From: Gonapodya sp. JEL0774
Taxonomy: Eukaryota
Direction of reading: 5' to 3'
DNA length: 64,000 nt
Assembly: GCA_027604505.1 (NCBI GenBank)
Contig: JADIIX010000018.1
Location: 124,001 to 188,000, forward strand
The notes below the pieces were generated by a model. The model was not told the origin of the DNA. It searched no databases and saw only the letters and a list, made by a program, of their open reading frames with translations. Position 1 is the first letter of the stretch, and each line of letters opens with the position of its first letter. A program made the translations under genes and the position numbers. Of this stretch, positions 1 to 17,957 are shown in pieces.

Positions 1-2038
<2,038 letters not shown>

Positions 2039-2532
2039 GGCATGATCCTGATCGAGTGGTTGGGCACACAAAAGATGGTGAGATGTCGAAAATAGCGGCG
2101 TTACGCGAAGCGACTGTGCTCCAACAGGTGACCGACCACCAGATGTTCCTTCCCGTTCGAGAACGACAAATTGTGCCAGTTTCATCGCCAATACTGCATC
2201 CAGTTTATTTGTCCATTCAGGTACCATGCTTCAAGAGAGGTAGTCCGGCTTAGCTTGGAAAACAAGGGGAACTGCAGTCGATCTCGCTCGCGTTCGCGAG
2301 CTCCATTTTGCTGAGCTCCTACTCATTGAAAGCAGCAGGCCAACAAGTATCTCGTGCTGTAGTTCGGATCAATTAGTAGCTGTGATTACCAGTTGACATC
2401 TTACCATCGGTGTGGAATCTGTAAGGATATGAAATGTATGAATGTGCAGCTGGGTGAATTTACTATTTGCAAACGAAATCTCTACATCAGTATCGTCGAT
2501 AACCCCCCCCATCACCGTCCCTTGTAGATATA

Positions 2533-3850
2533 TCAAAAACTAATGAACAACCTGTAGCACAAGCAGCATAGATGGAAGACGCACTCACCGATAGCCCCCG
2601 CCTCTGTTACCCCTTCCACCCCTATAGAATCCCCCTCTTTCACCGCCTCCCCAGCCCCTCCCACGACCGCCTCCCCAGCCACCGCCTCCCCGGTAGCCTC
2701 CGGGCCCGCCTTCCCAGCGTCTCTCCTCCCCACCGCCGCCAGCGTGATCACGGTCTACATATCCTCCTGCGCGATCCTGAGGTGCCGACGTTCCGAGCTT
2801 CTTGCGAAGCTCATCGACTCGTTCACGGAGCCGTACATATCCGATGTGCAGTTTGCCACCTGAGTATACAGTGACTCGAACCCTCGAACATAGCTTACGT
2901 GGGCAAAAACTAATTACTCACCAAAGTGATCCGCCAATCGCCTATCACTATCATAAACACTCAAGTGCGCGCCGCATGCGTCGCACACTCTGAGTTTACT
3001 TTGTTGCGAAATAGGTCCACGGTTGATTGCGCGAAGCTCGGCGTCCTTTTCCATCTTCTCCTTTTTCAGTCGGTCAATCTCCTCCAGTAAACTAACACAC
3101 CGTGAAATGTCAGATGCTTCTCCTACGGATGAAACGAATAATGAACGCAAGTCACACTGAGGCGCCTAAGTAACGGAATCATACCTGCTCGCTGAACCTC
3201 CGCCACCAGATTCTCGACTGCTTCTGTGATTTCGATAGCAGCTCGCATAAGCTCCACAGCTCTAGGGTCTTCTCCACTGACTTGCAAGAGCTTTTGCCGT
3301 GATTGGTGTATCCGCCTGTCACAGTCCCCGATGAATGCTTCCAGACTTCGCAAATGCTCGTGATCAAAGCCGGGGTGCGGATTGGTTTCGTTCTTAAGAG
3401 CGGCTTCGTATTGAGACTTGTATTTGTCGGCGTGAAGCTTGGGACAAGGTCCTAAGTCTGATTTCGTGTTGCTGCAGAAGTTGCACATCAGATGAATTAC
3501 TACTAACCACATGTCATCAGAGAACTCTCTGTAGCACTCACGTGAACAAATCATGGATGCACATACCCCCCAGAAAGTCTCTGCAGACTTTAGGGTCATC
3601 GAAATTGATGTTCTGGGGTGTTCGCCCTTTTGCACATTTGGATCAAACGAGCATCCGTTAGCTCGTAGAGGTACAGTACATGCAGTAGGCGCAAGAACTC
3701 TCCGATAGACTAAGAATAGAGGAACTGACCAAGTGCCTCGGCACCCATGAGCTCTTCCAGCTGCGCAGAACATTCGGGCCGTGAGCATGAGATAACATCG
3801 TGAACATCAAGCTGGAGAAAAATTCACCGAGCCATACCTGTTTTCTGCAT
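2533..3850 (-). CDS. LUC7: U1 snRNP-associated splicing factor LUC7
   Basis: LEELMG, VCRDFLGGMCIHDLF|NTKSDLGPCPKLH (ZnF1), KLRVCDACGAHLSVYDSDRRLADHFG (ZnF2); RGG-rich tail; start and last exon approximate. Confidence 0.92.
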
Positions 3851-4159
3851 TTTCGAGTCGTCCGTTGTTATCGCAGGCATTTGAAAAGAGTTATAGTTGG
3901 ATTGAGAACCCGAAGCACCAAGGGGAGCACGGGTTACACTCGTTGGTCAAAGAGTTTGCATGCAGGGAGAAACAGAATGTCACCTCATCCATTCGGCCAT
4001 GGTTCGTTGGTGTGGCCTGCGATTGAATGTCTGTGATACTTGGAAGCAAAAGTGGTTCTTCTAGTGCGGAAGCTGGCGGTCCCAACAAACGTCTGCCGAA
4101 CCAGACCAAATACAATATTCATGTGTTCGCGGTGCACATTTACAATTTGAATATGCAAT

Positions 4160-7100
4160 CTAATAATTATTTCGCCACAGACCGGCAACCTCCATTTCAG
4201 ATTCCTCGTAAGCATGACTCATTTTCTCTCGATCGAGTCTTTTAGATCTAACATCAAAAGCCGCGCAAACGGGACGGTGATCCGAAAGTTTGCACTCGGA
4301 TCGTGCGTAAGACCGAATCTTCACATGTGATCCCCTAAATAAAATCTGTATAGTGAGTTGAAATCAAAAAATGCATCAATGTAACAACCATCTGCAAAGT
4401 GAGAATAAATCTTGAATTTACCCTGTCACACCAACTGGGCATCCGCCGCTTTTCGGATGTATCATACACGTCGCTTCCAACATCGTACTTGAAAGTAGGG
4501 GCGAAGTTTAGCTCTCCTTCGTCAAAAAAGCGTAAGGGCGATTCTATCATGGGAGGTTGACGCCGTTCGCGATCCAGCTGATCTCGGAGAAGGAGTGGAC
4601 CCCATTCTCGAGCACGAATCAAATCCTCACACCGTTCTCGAGAAAACGGGTGTGGGTCGCCTGGAACAGCAATATCCGGTGATATCCGGAAATTCACTAC
4701 AAATGAAGTTTAATGACTCATGCAAGGAGCGAACGCAAAGAGGCAAGGTTGCTCACAATCACCAAAGAAAAACACATTCTCGTGGTCCATTAGACCGGTT
4801 CCATCACCACCACCAATAAAAGATACGGCAATGCCACCTGTGTCTTGCCCATTGCCGCGCCCGCCCGGAAGGGGAAACTCGCTCTCTCGTACAATGGAGA
4901 CAACATTCTTCAGTCGAGCTGCTGTGTTCTCAGCGTGAGCAGCAAGGTGCGAATTGCAGAAGGCCAGGGATGAATCCTCGAATAGCAAACGAACGGCGAT
5001 GGCCCCCTGATTCGAAGTGAAACTCTTAGATTTAGTGAGTACCAGAGTGATACATGCATAAAATACCTTGTTCCCGTGATTTCCTGCCATACCTGTTTTC
5101 GTGGAGTCCACAGACACCTCCGAAACCTTGTTCTTAACCGCTCTGCGCACGAAAATGCACAAGAACAGTCCAACAAGTCCAGTTCCGTCGACTGCTTCAA
5201 AACCTTCTTCAGGCCATACTGCTCTTAAGGCGGTGGAGAACTTATCTTGCCAGCCCCTATACTTCCCGCCGCCTTCATCCTCGTGGATCCCACGCTTGGT
5301 TCCCTGAAAGAACTTTTTGGCTGCCACTGACGTGTTCGATAGATTCACCACCTCCTGCAGACCAAATACTGCAATGTCAGGCGGGTATCCCCCCCAGTCC
5401 GGCGGAAGATGGTCTCGAACCCATGCTTCGACAAATCGTCCCTCCGATGCCGAATCGAGCTCCCCAGGGCGGACAGCATCCAGGTTGAAAGAGCCCACCC
5501 AAACACGAATATTTGAGTAAGATGCAAACAATGGCTCTCTTTGACGCAAGGCTTTGTCCACGCTGTCCAACGTACAATCCCCGTCCCACACCCTCACCAA
5601 ACCATCACCACACACGGCCGCTACTGCTGGCGCTACTGGTAAGCTTTTTTTTTCACCCATACTGTCCCCAGAACAAGTCTCATCTGCGACGAGTGACCGG
5701 ACTTCCCCACCTTCAGCCTCCCACACCTTTTCGGCCTCCCAATCCTTCTCCACCTCCGAATGAAGCCGCAAAACATACACTCGCTTATCGGCTCCTGCAA
5801 CCCAAAGTCGATCTGAGTTCGTCGGCACACACATAGCTGTGCACCAGCCTTGACACACTCGAACAAACCGCAACGCCGTCCGAGAACGGGCATCCCATGC
5901 ACACAACACACCTCCCATCGTCTGTGATCTATGAGCAGTTATGACAAGCCCCATTGATACTGCCGCAGCGACTCCGTCCACAGCTCCCGTCAACCCAGGT
6001 GGAAGCTTCAGGCGATCCAGTTTGAACTGCACAGGCGCCTGTTGTATATTGAGCTGTTGCCGCTGTTTCTCTGAGATTGCGTACCCATCTGCATCATCCG
6101 GGGGGGGCCGATACACCTCGAGAATTCCCTGTTCACTTGCACACCACAAGTCCGTTCCACTCGCGCAAGCGTGCTTCACATTGGCGAGTCCACGATACGA
6201 ACGAACCTTTCCAGAGGCTCTAGGTGGCTCGTGTGGCGGATCCGGTATAAAAATAGTTATCTGACCAGCTTCCCAGATTCCATACATGCCCTTGATTGGA
6301 AAACCTTCGATCTCGATTTGACCCAAAGCAGCAAATCTATTAACACCTGACGTGGAATTTCTCATTCGACGATCAACGACAGTTTCCCCGCGGTTTGAGG
6401 TGGTTGTGTCTACCACCGCAAGGTCACCGTTCTCAGTACCGACCCAGAGATAGCGTCCTCGAAGTGCTGCTTCAAGGTGATCAACGAAGGCAAGACAGGA
6501 CGGCCTGTTATCCCGATCTTTAGGCAAGCCGAGATCTACGCTACGTTTGTCCGGCGCAGAGGCGTCCACAGCAGCTCGAAGAGCATAGTATAGTCGGAGT
6601 TTGTCCGTTCCTGATGCCACAACACCTGAACGACTCGACGCCGCACAGGTCCTAATTGGTTGCGTTTTGGGAGTCGGTGGCCAGGGTCGTCGCATCAACG
6701 GAGGACGGCGTGATGTGGAGGGTTTGAAAACTGGATGTGAAAATGATAAGGTTGATGTTGACTGCCCACTAGCCGCGGACGAAGCAAGGGATGATTCTGT
6801 TAAAGACCACCCAGACTCCCGAAAAGGAATGAATCCACGTGCATGGGGAAGCAGCTCGTCTCCATCATCTTGCGAATATGCCGAAAGGGATTCGGAAAGG
6901 GATCCGGTTCGAGCAGCCGAAACCACCCTCTGTGGACTACGCGATCGTCGAGGCGGAAGAGGGGGTGCAGCGAAACTTGTCCGTGTGGTGAGCATAGGAG
7001 GAGCCGGAGAAGTTGCGAAGCCCACTCCGCCCGATCGTGGTGTCGATATAATTGACGGCACAACAGGAGACACAGACCGTGACCTAGGTCTCGGCGGCAA

Positions 7101-8285
7101 TGAAGGTGTAGCACCAGTTACTAATGACCTCGAGGTATTGGATGCTGTTGAGGTTGCTGACAGCAGGGTTGGAGTAGAGGAGACATGGACATTGGACGAA
7201 TGCGACGTATATGGAGTGGCAAGGACAGAAGATGACATCAGACCAGAGCTTCCAGCCATTACTGGGCTGTGCGTCTGTGCAATGCGATCAAATGGGTTGC
7301 TCGTCCAAGTGTTTGGGCCTACAACAATGTTGGAAGAGATACCCAGAACTGGCCTCGCGGAACTCTCCTGTCGAGCAACTCCATTTGCCAGATTTTGATC
7401 ACCCGTAGTAGCTTCCAATTCGTTGGTCCAGCTTCGACCCCCGACTGCGGCCTTCGCACGGGCACGTTCCACAGCACCGGTATCTGAGAACGGGTTTGCC
7501 GGACTGAGAGGCCTCGAAGCAGAAACAGGAGAAGACGGGTACGACAGCGGCGAAGGGGACTGCGATATGGAATTACCACCAGAGTCAAGGGCTGAGGACT
7601 CGTCCCGATACGGCTTGTCACGCCACGTGTGAAGATATAAAGGATGGCGAGGCTCTCCAACAAAACCGGAGTTATTCAGTGAGCCATAGACAGTCTCATT
7701 CGCTCGAGCTGTTCCGTTAACATCAACACTGCTGGTGTTTATTCGTGAGCCAGAGCTCGTGCTGCGGTTCAGAGGGCTTCCTGCCAGTCGGTGCTCCAGG
7801 AAGGGTTGTGGCGGGGAAACAGGAGGGTTCAGGTATGAATTAGAATCAGCGTGGAGTCGGGATCTGACTCCAACGGGAGTGGAATTGGCGGAACTACTTG
7901 TCGGTGTGGTCGAACCTCGAGCACTCTGAGAATTCTGGGGCAAGGGTGTTTCGAGAGCAGTTCTGGACGTGACATTTGTCGATGGTCGATTGGGACTAAG
8001 TGACGTCGCTTGAAATGCTATGGCGAGTGTTTTCACTGATACATGAGGGGGTGTCTGCCGATGATGCTGGTTGCCAGTTAGGGGTCGTGAAGAGTCAACC
8101 TGGGAGAAAGAACGGAGTGTCTGCTGTTCTCGTTGGGCAAAAGGCGACAACTCTGGTTGAGAAAACGACGTGGCTTTTCCAGAAACTGATCGCCTATGAA
8201 GAATTGGGGAGGTCCCATTGGAGGAAGCCGGCGAAGTTGAAGAGCTATTCTGCCTCGAACCATTTGGAGATGTGAAAGGATTCAT
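4160..8285 (-). CDS. Inositol polyphosphate 5-phosphatase with long S/P-rich N-terminus and WD40-like region
   Basis: FGLQEVV, GNHGNK|GAIAVR, CNSHLAAH, FFFGD, FAPTFKYDVGSDVYDTSEKRRMPSWCDR, SDHRPV; stop near 4160. Confidence 0.92.
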
Positions 8286-8594
8286 GGTCTATTGCAAGCA
8301 GTCCTTAAAACTCATGATGACCGGTGCCCAGTATCCTCGTCTGTACCCTCACCTTAGTAAATGTGTGCAGTCCAATCCATCACGTCAGACTGCCCTGAAA
8401 CTCCACAAAGTAGTCAATCCCCTCGATGTACCGATGTAGCTGAGTACGCAGTAATGATGATTTTCTATTTGAGGGAAGTACTTCGTTTGGTATTTCGTTT
8501 GGTGTGAGGGAAGTTTTCATGGCTGGCTACACAACACACAGGACACGCCGAGTGGTGTACGTTTTCGATGATATATACATGCCGTCAACCATTC

Positions 8595-11585
8595 TCATTG
8601 GTCGTCATTACCATCAAGAAAGTCATCTAAATCCTGGGGCCTTGAACCAAAATCTTCGTCAAAGTCCTCGTTAAAAAAAGCGCCATCTAATTCCGGATCC
8701 GCAGAACCCAAAACTTGGAACTGATACAAGTCTGTGTTTCGCCGGCGGCGGCGATACCACCGGTAGATTAACACACCGCCAACAAGCACTAATCCGACCA
8801 GAAGCGTGACTCCGAAAATGGCTCCAGGTGACAAGTGGGACGGTTTAGGCGCAATATCTCCAGGTTGGTCGGATAGATTCGTCGAAGAAGCAGGCGTTGG
8901 CGTTGTTGTAGATGTTGTGAGAAGTGGGGGAGGCGGGGGAGGAGCAGATGCAGGAGGGGACGGTATGGTAAGCAAGTCGCTCTCTCCCCAGATTGTCAAA
9001 GTCCAATCCAGGATTTGACCTGGCCAACAATCAAAAAAGATCTTGGTGAGTATAACCCAAGCAACGGTGATAATGTACTCACCTGTATGATTGCTACCAG
9101 AGTCGCCATTGGAATCGACTGTGTCACGTACTGACAAAACCCACAAACCCACTGGGTCTTCATCCCTGATCAAGTGCTGGTCAGTTTTGACTCAGATGTA
9201 ACTCTTTCGAAATTGTACGCACCAGTGCTTCACAGTTGAGAACGTCCAGTTCTGAAGTCCATCTGTGTTGAAGTCAGAGGGTCGAGGAGGGCCGAGTTCG
9301 CTCACCTGCAAGCCAAGGGTGAATATCTTTGCATAGGAGAACGGAAAGTATCATAGAGTAATACCCACGATGCCACTTGGAGATGTGAGTGTAATATCTA
9401 GTTCTCCGCGGCGGCTGTGTTCAATGTTCACTGTTACAGTGACGTGCTCCAGGTGAATCATGTGTATCTCCTTAACAATCTTGGTTGTAACCCCGATGGT
9501 ACTATTGAGAGACATTCCACCCTCAGGGATGACCTTTCTGATCTCCAGATTGGCTCGGTGCATGGTCTGGGGTCCGACACTCTTCCACAATCGTGCTCGC
9601 TCCACAAGAGCGTACGCATCAAGTTTGCCGTACCCAAATTTGACGCTGTACAGTCGTTTAGCCGCTGTGTGAGTCCATGATTCATCATCTAGTTTGATGG
9701 GCACTGCGGTCTCCATAACTAGTCGCTGCACGTCCCTCCATGATAAATCAGGCCTGCGTGTGCATAAAATGGTGAGGCAGATAAAATCTTTTAAGAGCTA
9801 CGACCAATGCTGTTGAAAATTCACCTTACTGATAAAACAAGCGCGAGGATACCGGATGCCAAAGGCGCTGCAGCGGAAGTCCCTGGGTTGAAGACGAAGG
9901 AAAGAAAATGCACGGAGCCGCAAGCGTAAAATAAATTGAGCGGATTACGAGACTTCTTTTCTTAAAATGACGCTTATCACCTCCGTGTGAGTTTGTACAT
10001 TGCTCATTGCCGTCTGTGCCCATGCGGTCCGTGGTGTACTAGCAGGGATTCCACCTAAATAATAGATTGCATTTACAGAAATTGATGATCTGACTCACGA
10101 TAAAGCTGTCGCCGTGTCCAGAAGAACTATACGTGACTGCCATTTGTGCAGTACACATTTCAGAGTATGTAGGATGCTCGTTATGACGGTCGATCGCACC
10201 AATTGTGAGCGTCCAGATAGAATTAGTGTAGCCATCGTAATTGCTGGAAGGGGTGAATTCTAGAACGGCGACAGCATTATACCCAAAGTCGATTTAGCCC
10301 ACCAGTTGTCTTTGAATCCACCTCCATTGCCTGTCGCAAAAACGTAAATGCTCCCAAGCCCACCCCTTCCGTTTCTAATACCTTCCTCAAATGCTTTTGC
10401 GACGATCTCGGGAGGCCCTTCGGCTGAAGAGCCATCATCGGCCGGACCCCAACTGCAAGAATAAATGTGGTTTTGCTGATAACCATATGTTATAGCAGTG
10501 GCTTCATCCACCTCTGTGATATCAGCCGAAAGAATACGTATACCTGTAACGCAAACAGCAACTTTTGGTACTTAGAACAATCAATGTTTGATGGCTAACT
10601 GACCAACTGACCGGAAACTCGAGCGTTCCATGCTGCGCCAACACCACATACGCTATTTTTTTCAGCAGCAACTTCTCCGGCACAGCGCGTTCCGTGTCTG
10701 TCATCGAAAAGGTAAGGAGTTGGGTACATTCCTTGGTTCCTCCCCTCTTTATCACCATTGAAGTCCCAGGACCCCTCGAGATACTGTGTCCACAAAGACG
10801 TCGAGAGTCCTCTAGAGGTACATAATGCTTGGCAATAAATGACTCACAAAGTTCTGTGTGAGATCCGGGTGTTTGTAATCGAGACCATCATCTACAATAG
10901 ACACTGTCACGTTCTTCCCCGTGACAGCTTGCATCCAAACACCAGTAATGTTCACGTCATTTGCAGGTGTCATTCGATTGTACTAATGAATTGTCGAATT
11001 TGAGGAACAATTATGACGATATGATGGACATCAACTGGTACAACTCACCCAGTGCCACTGCATCGTCGCTCCTGGGTCCAATATCGACAGGTCTTTCTCC
11101 CATATGCGACCCGCATCATCAGGGGTATAAATGCTGCGTTTAAATAGCCTCCTGGAGGGCACCTGCCGGCTGTGATACACAACCTTCGGATGGTCCCCAA
11201 GTCGCTTGCTGAGTACAGCGTGATTTCGATGCTCCAACCCTACACTTGGGGCATCTTTAGAGACCTCAAAAAGATAGAATCCTCGCAGGTCCCCAACGGG
11301 ACCCTTATTGGCCATGCCCAACTCGATGGCGAGCTCTGACGCATGCTGGTGGCAAACCCGTTCATGCAGCCACTGCCATCCTTTCAGTTCCACGGCAAAG
11401 TAATGAAAGCGAGTATGGTCCATAAAGTGTGGTCGCCGCTGCGCGGCCGCGAGAATCGCAGGTGCAGTCATCAGCATCGTCACTAATGTTACAACAGAAG
11501 CAATTGTCCTTCCCCCGCGAGGCATGCGAGTTCTTCTCGCTTCTCGAATGCATTCTTCGAGAAGAGCGATCACAGATGGTCGCAT
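8595..11585 (-). CDS. KEX2: Kexin (furin-like subtilisin proprotein convertase)
   Basis: Signal peptide, propeptide ending RLFKR, IVDDGLD, HGTRCAGEVA, YSCSWGPADDG, HGG|TSAAAP, P-domain LEHVTVTVNIEHSRRG, TM helix and acidic tail. Confidence 0.95.
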
Positions 11586-11681
11586 CGCAGGAGTTCCCGT
11601 TGTTTAGATTGCGATCAAACAGACATATTTCTTGTGAAGCACCGGTCAGGGTGATGAATTTTCTTGGACATTTTACAATTT

Positions 11682-14248
11682 CTACTCAAGACCATCGTGT
11701 GGATCTCCCTGTTGTGGGGGCTTGTCGAGCCTGTTGGAGGAGCACGAGTCAAATCAAAGCGTTTTCACCAACATTTCACAACATATCCTCACTTCAAGAA
11801 ATCATCGATCCTCAAGATGGCAATAGCGGCTTCTGTCGCAGCTTTGATCATTTTGACCTTGGACATGGCCGGTTCTAGAACGCCTGCCTTCATGTTGTCT
11901 CGCACGACCCCATTGATGAGTTCTAAACCCGTCCATTTCAGCGATTTTTTGCGTTCATCTGCAGGCGACGATTGGGCAGCGTTGTGGTATGCGCGGAGTT
12001 TCGCGACCAAGTCCGTAGAATCGCGTGCGGCGTTCGTCGCCAGTGTCTTGGGGATGATGAGTAGAGCATTTGCGAATTCGGCGATAGCTAATTGCTCGCG
12101 GGAGCCCTAAACACAAAGAAGTTCGAGGACAATCAATGGCTCACTCGATTGGAATGTAGAAAAGAAAGGGTGAACGTACCACTGTAGTTGCGAAGTTCTC
12201 CAGATAAATATTCAGAGCGGTTTCAACTGCACCCCCACCGGGAACAACAGATCCACTCTCCAATGTCCTCTTCACCGCACTAAGACAGTCATGAACAGAT
12301 CGTTCCATTTCATCAAGCATATAGTCATTTGCACCCCGCAAAATGATAGACGCCGACGTATGTGCTTTCGTGCCCTTCACAAGGATCAGCTCGTCGTCAG
12401 AAATACGCTCCTGAACGACTTCCTCTGCTGTTCCGAGATAGCTCGCCTCGAAAGACTCCTCGCCTTCCAAGTTCGCGAGGGTCGAGAGGAGTGTGGCTTC
12501 ATAGAAGTTGCGTGAGAGATCGGATGTTTCAGCAAGCCGATCTGACGCACTCACCCCCCGTCGCCAAAGCAATTCTCTTTAAATCCTCTTTCTTGACACG
12601 CCGGACCGCCATAGCTCCCGCTTCAACAAATGCCTTAAGGCACAGGTCGTCAATACCCTTTGTCGTGAACACGACGTTGGCGCCTGCATCCAAGACCTTC
12701 TTGATACGGTCCATGGTAATATCAATCTCCCTGTACAACAATTTGGCTCGGGTCAATGTATCAAGTTGAGTTGGCTAGAGTGAGCTCCATCTCACTTGCG
12801 GCGAACGTCCTCTAATTTGTTTGGGTCGTCGATGACGATATTTACTCCCAAGGACATCCGTGCGCGCTGAAGATTGATGTCAAGGCAAGCAATTTTGGCA
12901 CCTTTCACTTGGGTGCGGATACCTGCCAGAACACACAAGCCAACTGTGAATTCGACCTTCGTTTTCAGCCACACGCGAGCGAAATTTACCCTGTGAGGCC
13001 ACTGTGCAGTTGACCGCGTATCCACGAACGAGAACACTCTCCTTTGCACCCTTTCCATGAGCTTTCAATATGTTAACCGCCTTAACAGGGTATTTCGTTT
13101 CACCACGGGGATTAGTGTGCTTCACAAGTTGAAGTGCGTCCACCACCATGTTGGCAAAAAATTCGTCATCGCTATGAAAAAAGTCGCAATTAAGAACCAC
13201 GAAACAATCAAAGTGGGTCAGCAACTCACCTTCCAATGATCTTGGAGCTCATACTCGTCTTGGCGACATTGACGAGAGAGTCTCGTCCCAGCGAGTCAAC
13301 TTTGGTGGAAAGCTGATCAGCAACGTACTTAACGGCTTCCCGAGACGCTAGCCTAGACAGTACAACAATATGAAAGTCAGGCCGGTAAATCGCTGCCTGA
13401 AACCAGTGTAGCACCACCGCATGGAGAAGCGAACCGAGGGACCTTTGAAGATATTTACCTGTAGCCAGAAATAATTGTTGTAGGGTGGATTTTGTTCTTT
13501 ACCAGATCGTTTGCCCGCTTCAGGAGCTCAGCAGCAATAATGACCACGCTCGTCGTCCCGTCTCCGACCTCCTTGTCCTGTTGTTGGGCAAGTTCCACCA
13601 GCACGCGAGCCGCCGGGTGTTCCACCTCAAGGAGGCGGAGAATGGTGGCTCCATCATTGGAGATTGTAACATCCTGGGCAAAGAGAGATAAATCTTGTCA
13701 CCACAAATCCCACCAGGGGATGTTTTGATTCATTCCGAATCCACCGTCGAGATAGAATTGCAATACTGAGGATACTCAAGCTGCTGATTCTCCCAGCTAT
13801 TGTCCGTTCAAACCATCCGCCCCGTAATCCTGGTTTCAATGAAAGGAAGTATTTTCGGCATATTAAAATAGTAACTTACCCCAATGTCATCGACAAGCAT
13901 TTTATCAAGCCCCACTGGTCCCAGAGAGCTCTTGACAATGTTGGCGATGGACATTGCAGCAAGAACTTTGTAGGTATTGAGTGCAACCGTGAAGCAGTGG
14001 TAAAGCGACGGGAAAAGCGGAGAGCAGTGGCATCCAGGTGGTAGACACGGGGAACAATTCGGATCAAGCGGCAAATGTGGTGTTAGTGACGGCGCAAGTC
14101 TCCAACGGTATGTTACGGCGGTCCATATATAGCACCAGCTATCCCAGCACGAAATGCCAGTTGTCATTAGAAACTCACCGTTTTGTTGCCGAACATCCTG
14201 ACCAGACACGCGTTGACCTCCAATGGCAAGCGCTTTCGGTTTCTCCAT
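11682..14248 (-). CDS. TCP1: T-complex protein 1 subunit alpha (CCT1)
   Basis: [66 protein letters not shown]; last exon [16 protein letters not shown]. Confidence 0.96.
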
Positions 14249-14617
14249 TTCCAGTTTTCGGCAAGGATTCAAAGTGAACGGAGGGAAGCAAAGAGCAAAG
14301 CCGAGTCCAGGAAGTTGAAGTAAAAAAGGTCCTCAGGAAAATTGGAGCCGGCGCAAATCAAGACTGGAAGGTGGGGGCTTTCAGAAGAACAATGACTTCG
14401 AACCTATGAAACAAGGCACACACATACACCTATGACAAAGTACATGGTGCACAACTCGCAAATGACACATAATGAGCGCGATGCTGGGCTTGGGTGGGAC
14501 TTCGATTCTTCAACTAAAAATATCTTCGCCGCGTTTCTGATTCATTTTCGATTGGAAGTGACCTCCTCGTGTTCGGCGGGGTCAAGTTCTTCACCCAAGC
14601 GTTAATTGCACCGTTTC

Positions 14618-16247
14618 ATGTCGCAAAAATACTTCAACAGGTAAGCGAAACGTCATATTGAGCTTTGCACTGCTGAGAACAAATTCCCCGCCCCGGCTCC
14701 AAAGTCTGAATTGCTGTCATTACGATGAACTCCCAACCTCCTCTTCCGTTTCATGTAGGTTAACTACATTCCATCCGATGACTTTCTTTTCCGCTTGCAA
14801 CATCATTTGGACTTGTTGCCATCTCAGGGTGATGCAGAAGGCGAGGAGGACATGGGCGGTGCTGCTGAAAGTGCCGATGTGAGTCACATCTAGAGACTCC
14901 TTGCTAAACCTCAAATTCAATTCTGCAAGTGCTCTCTTTAATTTTCATTTTGAATGACGTTGAACAACCGACTTTCCCTATTCTGGCTCGCCTGGATGGC
15001 AACCAGTCTTCCAATGGTGATGCATTATCGTCAACAGAGGATACGGCATCGGACCTCGCAGATTCTGTGTACGCGCAGGCCACAAGTCCCACCCTGTACT
15101 CTGAACCGGGGCCAACTCTCACAGCGGACGAGCAAGGCTACCTCGTCCGTACAACGTTCGCGTTCACGGACCCTGTCCGCCCTCAGTACCAGTTGCCGCC
15201 GCAAGAGGGTTCTCTGTTCTCCACTCTCGGGCAGGTTTGGAGACATCCAGATGAAGGTACACTATCGCTGTGGAAAGGTATGTCACGGAAACGGGAGAAT
15301 TCGATGCGCGTTACACATACCATTTACAATTGCCCCCCTCCAGGTCACTTCACCAGCTGGCTTCGAGAAATGCTTGATCTTCTCATTCAGCCCACACTCG
15401 AAGGTTCTTTGAACGATTTGATTGGTCTCCCGGATGAATCTATCCCTCTTGTGCACTTGGATCGACCCCTGCCGAATTTACTCACCCTTCTTGCGAGCAG
15501 ACTGGTCACGGGCATACTCCTGAGTCCACTAGAACTAGTGAGGACACGGTAAGCGCTGAATGCCACCTTCCAGTGCCAATCTTTTCGTTCTTTCATGGTT
15601 CTGCCTACTCTCGGATACATCACGGCTTGTTGGCTCTTCGAAGACTCATTGTCCAAACCTCTTCCCGAGCTCATCGCAAATATGATAATACCTTCCATGC
15701 GCTGATGACTATTGCACGTGAGGAAGGCATCACAATGTTCTATTCGGGATGCAATTTGCGAGCTTCAATCCTTCTTCACACATCTGTGACAATCTTCAAA
15801 AACTGCTCTGAATTGTTTATTGAGCGTGGTTTGGGCCTGAGTCCGGAAGACCGCCCCTTTCTTTACAGTCTCTGCGAACTTGCATGGAACTTGTCAGAGC
15901 TCCTCATAATCTTGCCCATCGAAACTGTTCGTCGCCGACTACAGTGTCAGATTGACCCACGGGTGCACCAGGAGCGCCAGTTTTGTTCCTTTGTTGAGCT
16001 TCGAAGCTCACCGTACCGAGGAATTGTGGACTGTTTGCTGAGAGTTGTTGACGAAGAAGGAGCTAAGCGCTCATCTCGGCGACGAAAGAGCGTCGCAGAT
16101 GTAGTGAGCCAAGCTGCGTTGGAGAGAAGTTGGTACTATGGGTGGGGCACCAAAAGACTTTTTGTCAGTTTGAGGACCCAATGGTGGGTGGATGTAGGTA
16201 TGTTTTTTGTAAATTCACTCAGCAATCTGCAAGATAGTTTAGAATGA
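14618..16247 (+). CDS. UGO1: Mitochondrial carrier-fold outer-membrane fusion protein, Ugo1/SLC25A46-like
   Basis: Carrier signature motifs PLELVRTRL and PIETVRRRLQ, EGTLSLWKG, YRGIVDCL, with acidic insertion typical of Ugo1. Confidence 0.78.
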
Positions 16248-16380
16248 TCACACCACGTGTTCCTTGCACACATTTTTGTGAGGAAACTGACTGTAGAGTT
16301 TGATGCCGAGTCACACTCTTGCTATTGTGACTTGCGTCGCCCGAACAATCAATTAATTACGTACCCTCACTAAGGCGACG

Positions 16381-17875
<1,495 letters not shown>

Positions 17876-17957
17876 GTAAATACATTGCATACATTTGGTA
17901 TCGTCGATGAAAACTACGCAATCTTAATCTAATTGAACACGGGGCAAGTTCCTCGGT

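Noticed and set aside
6601..7398. 265-aa plus-strand ORF
   Set aside because: Antisense to the low-complexity part of the 5-phosphatase.
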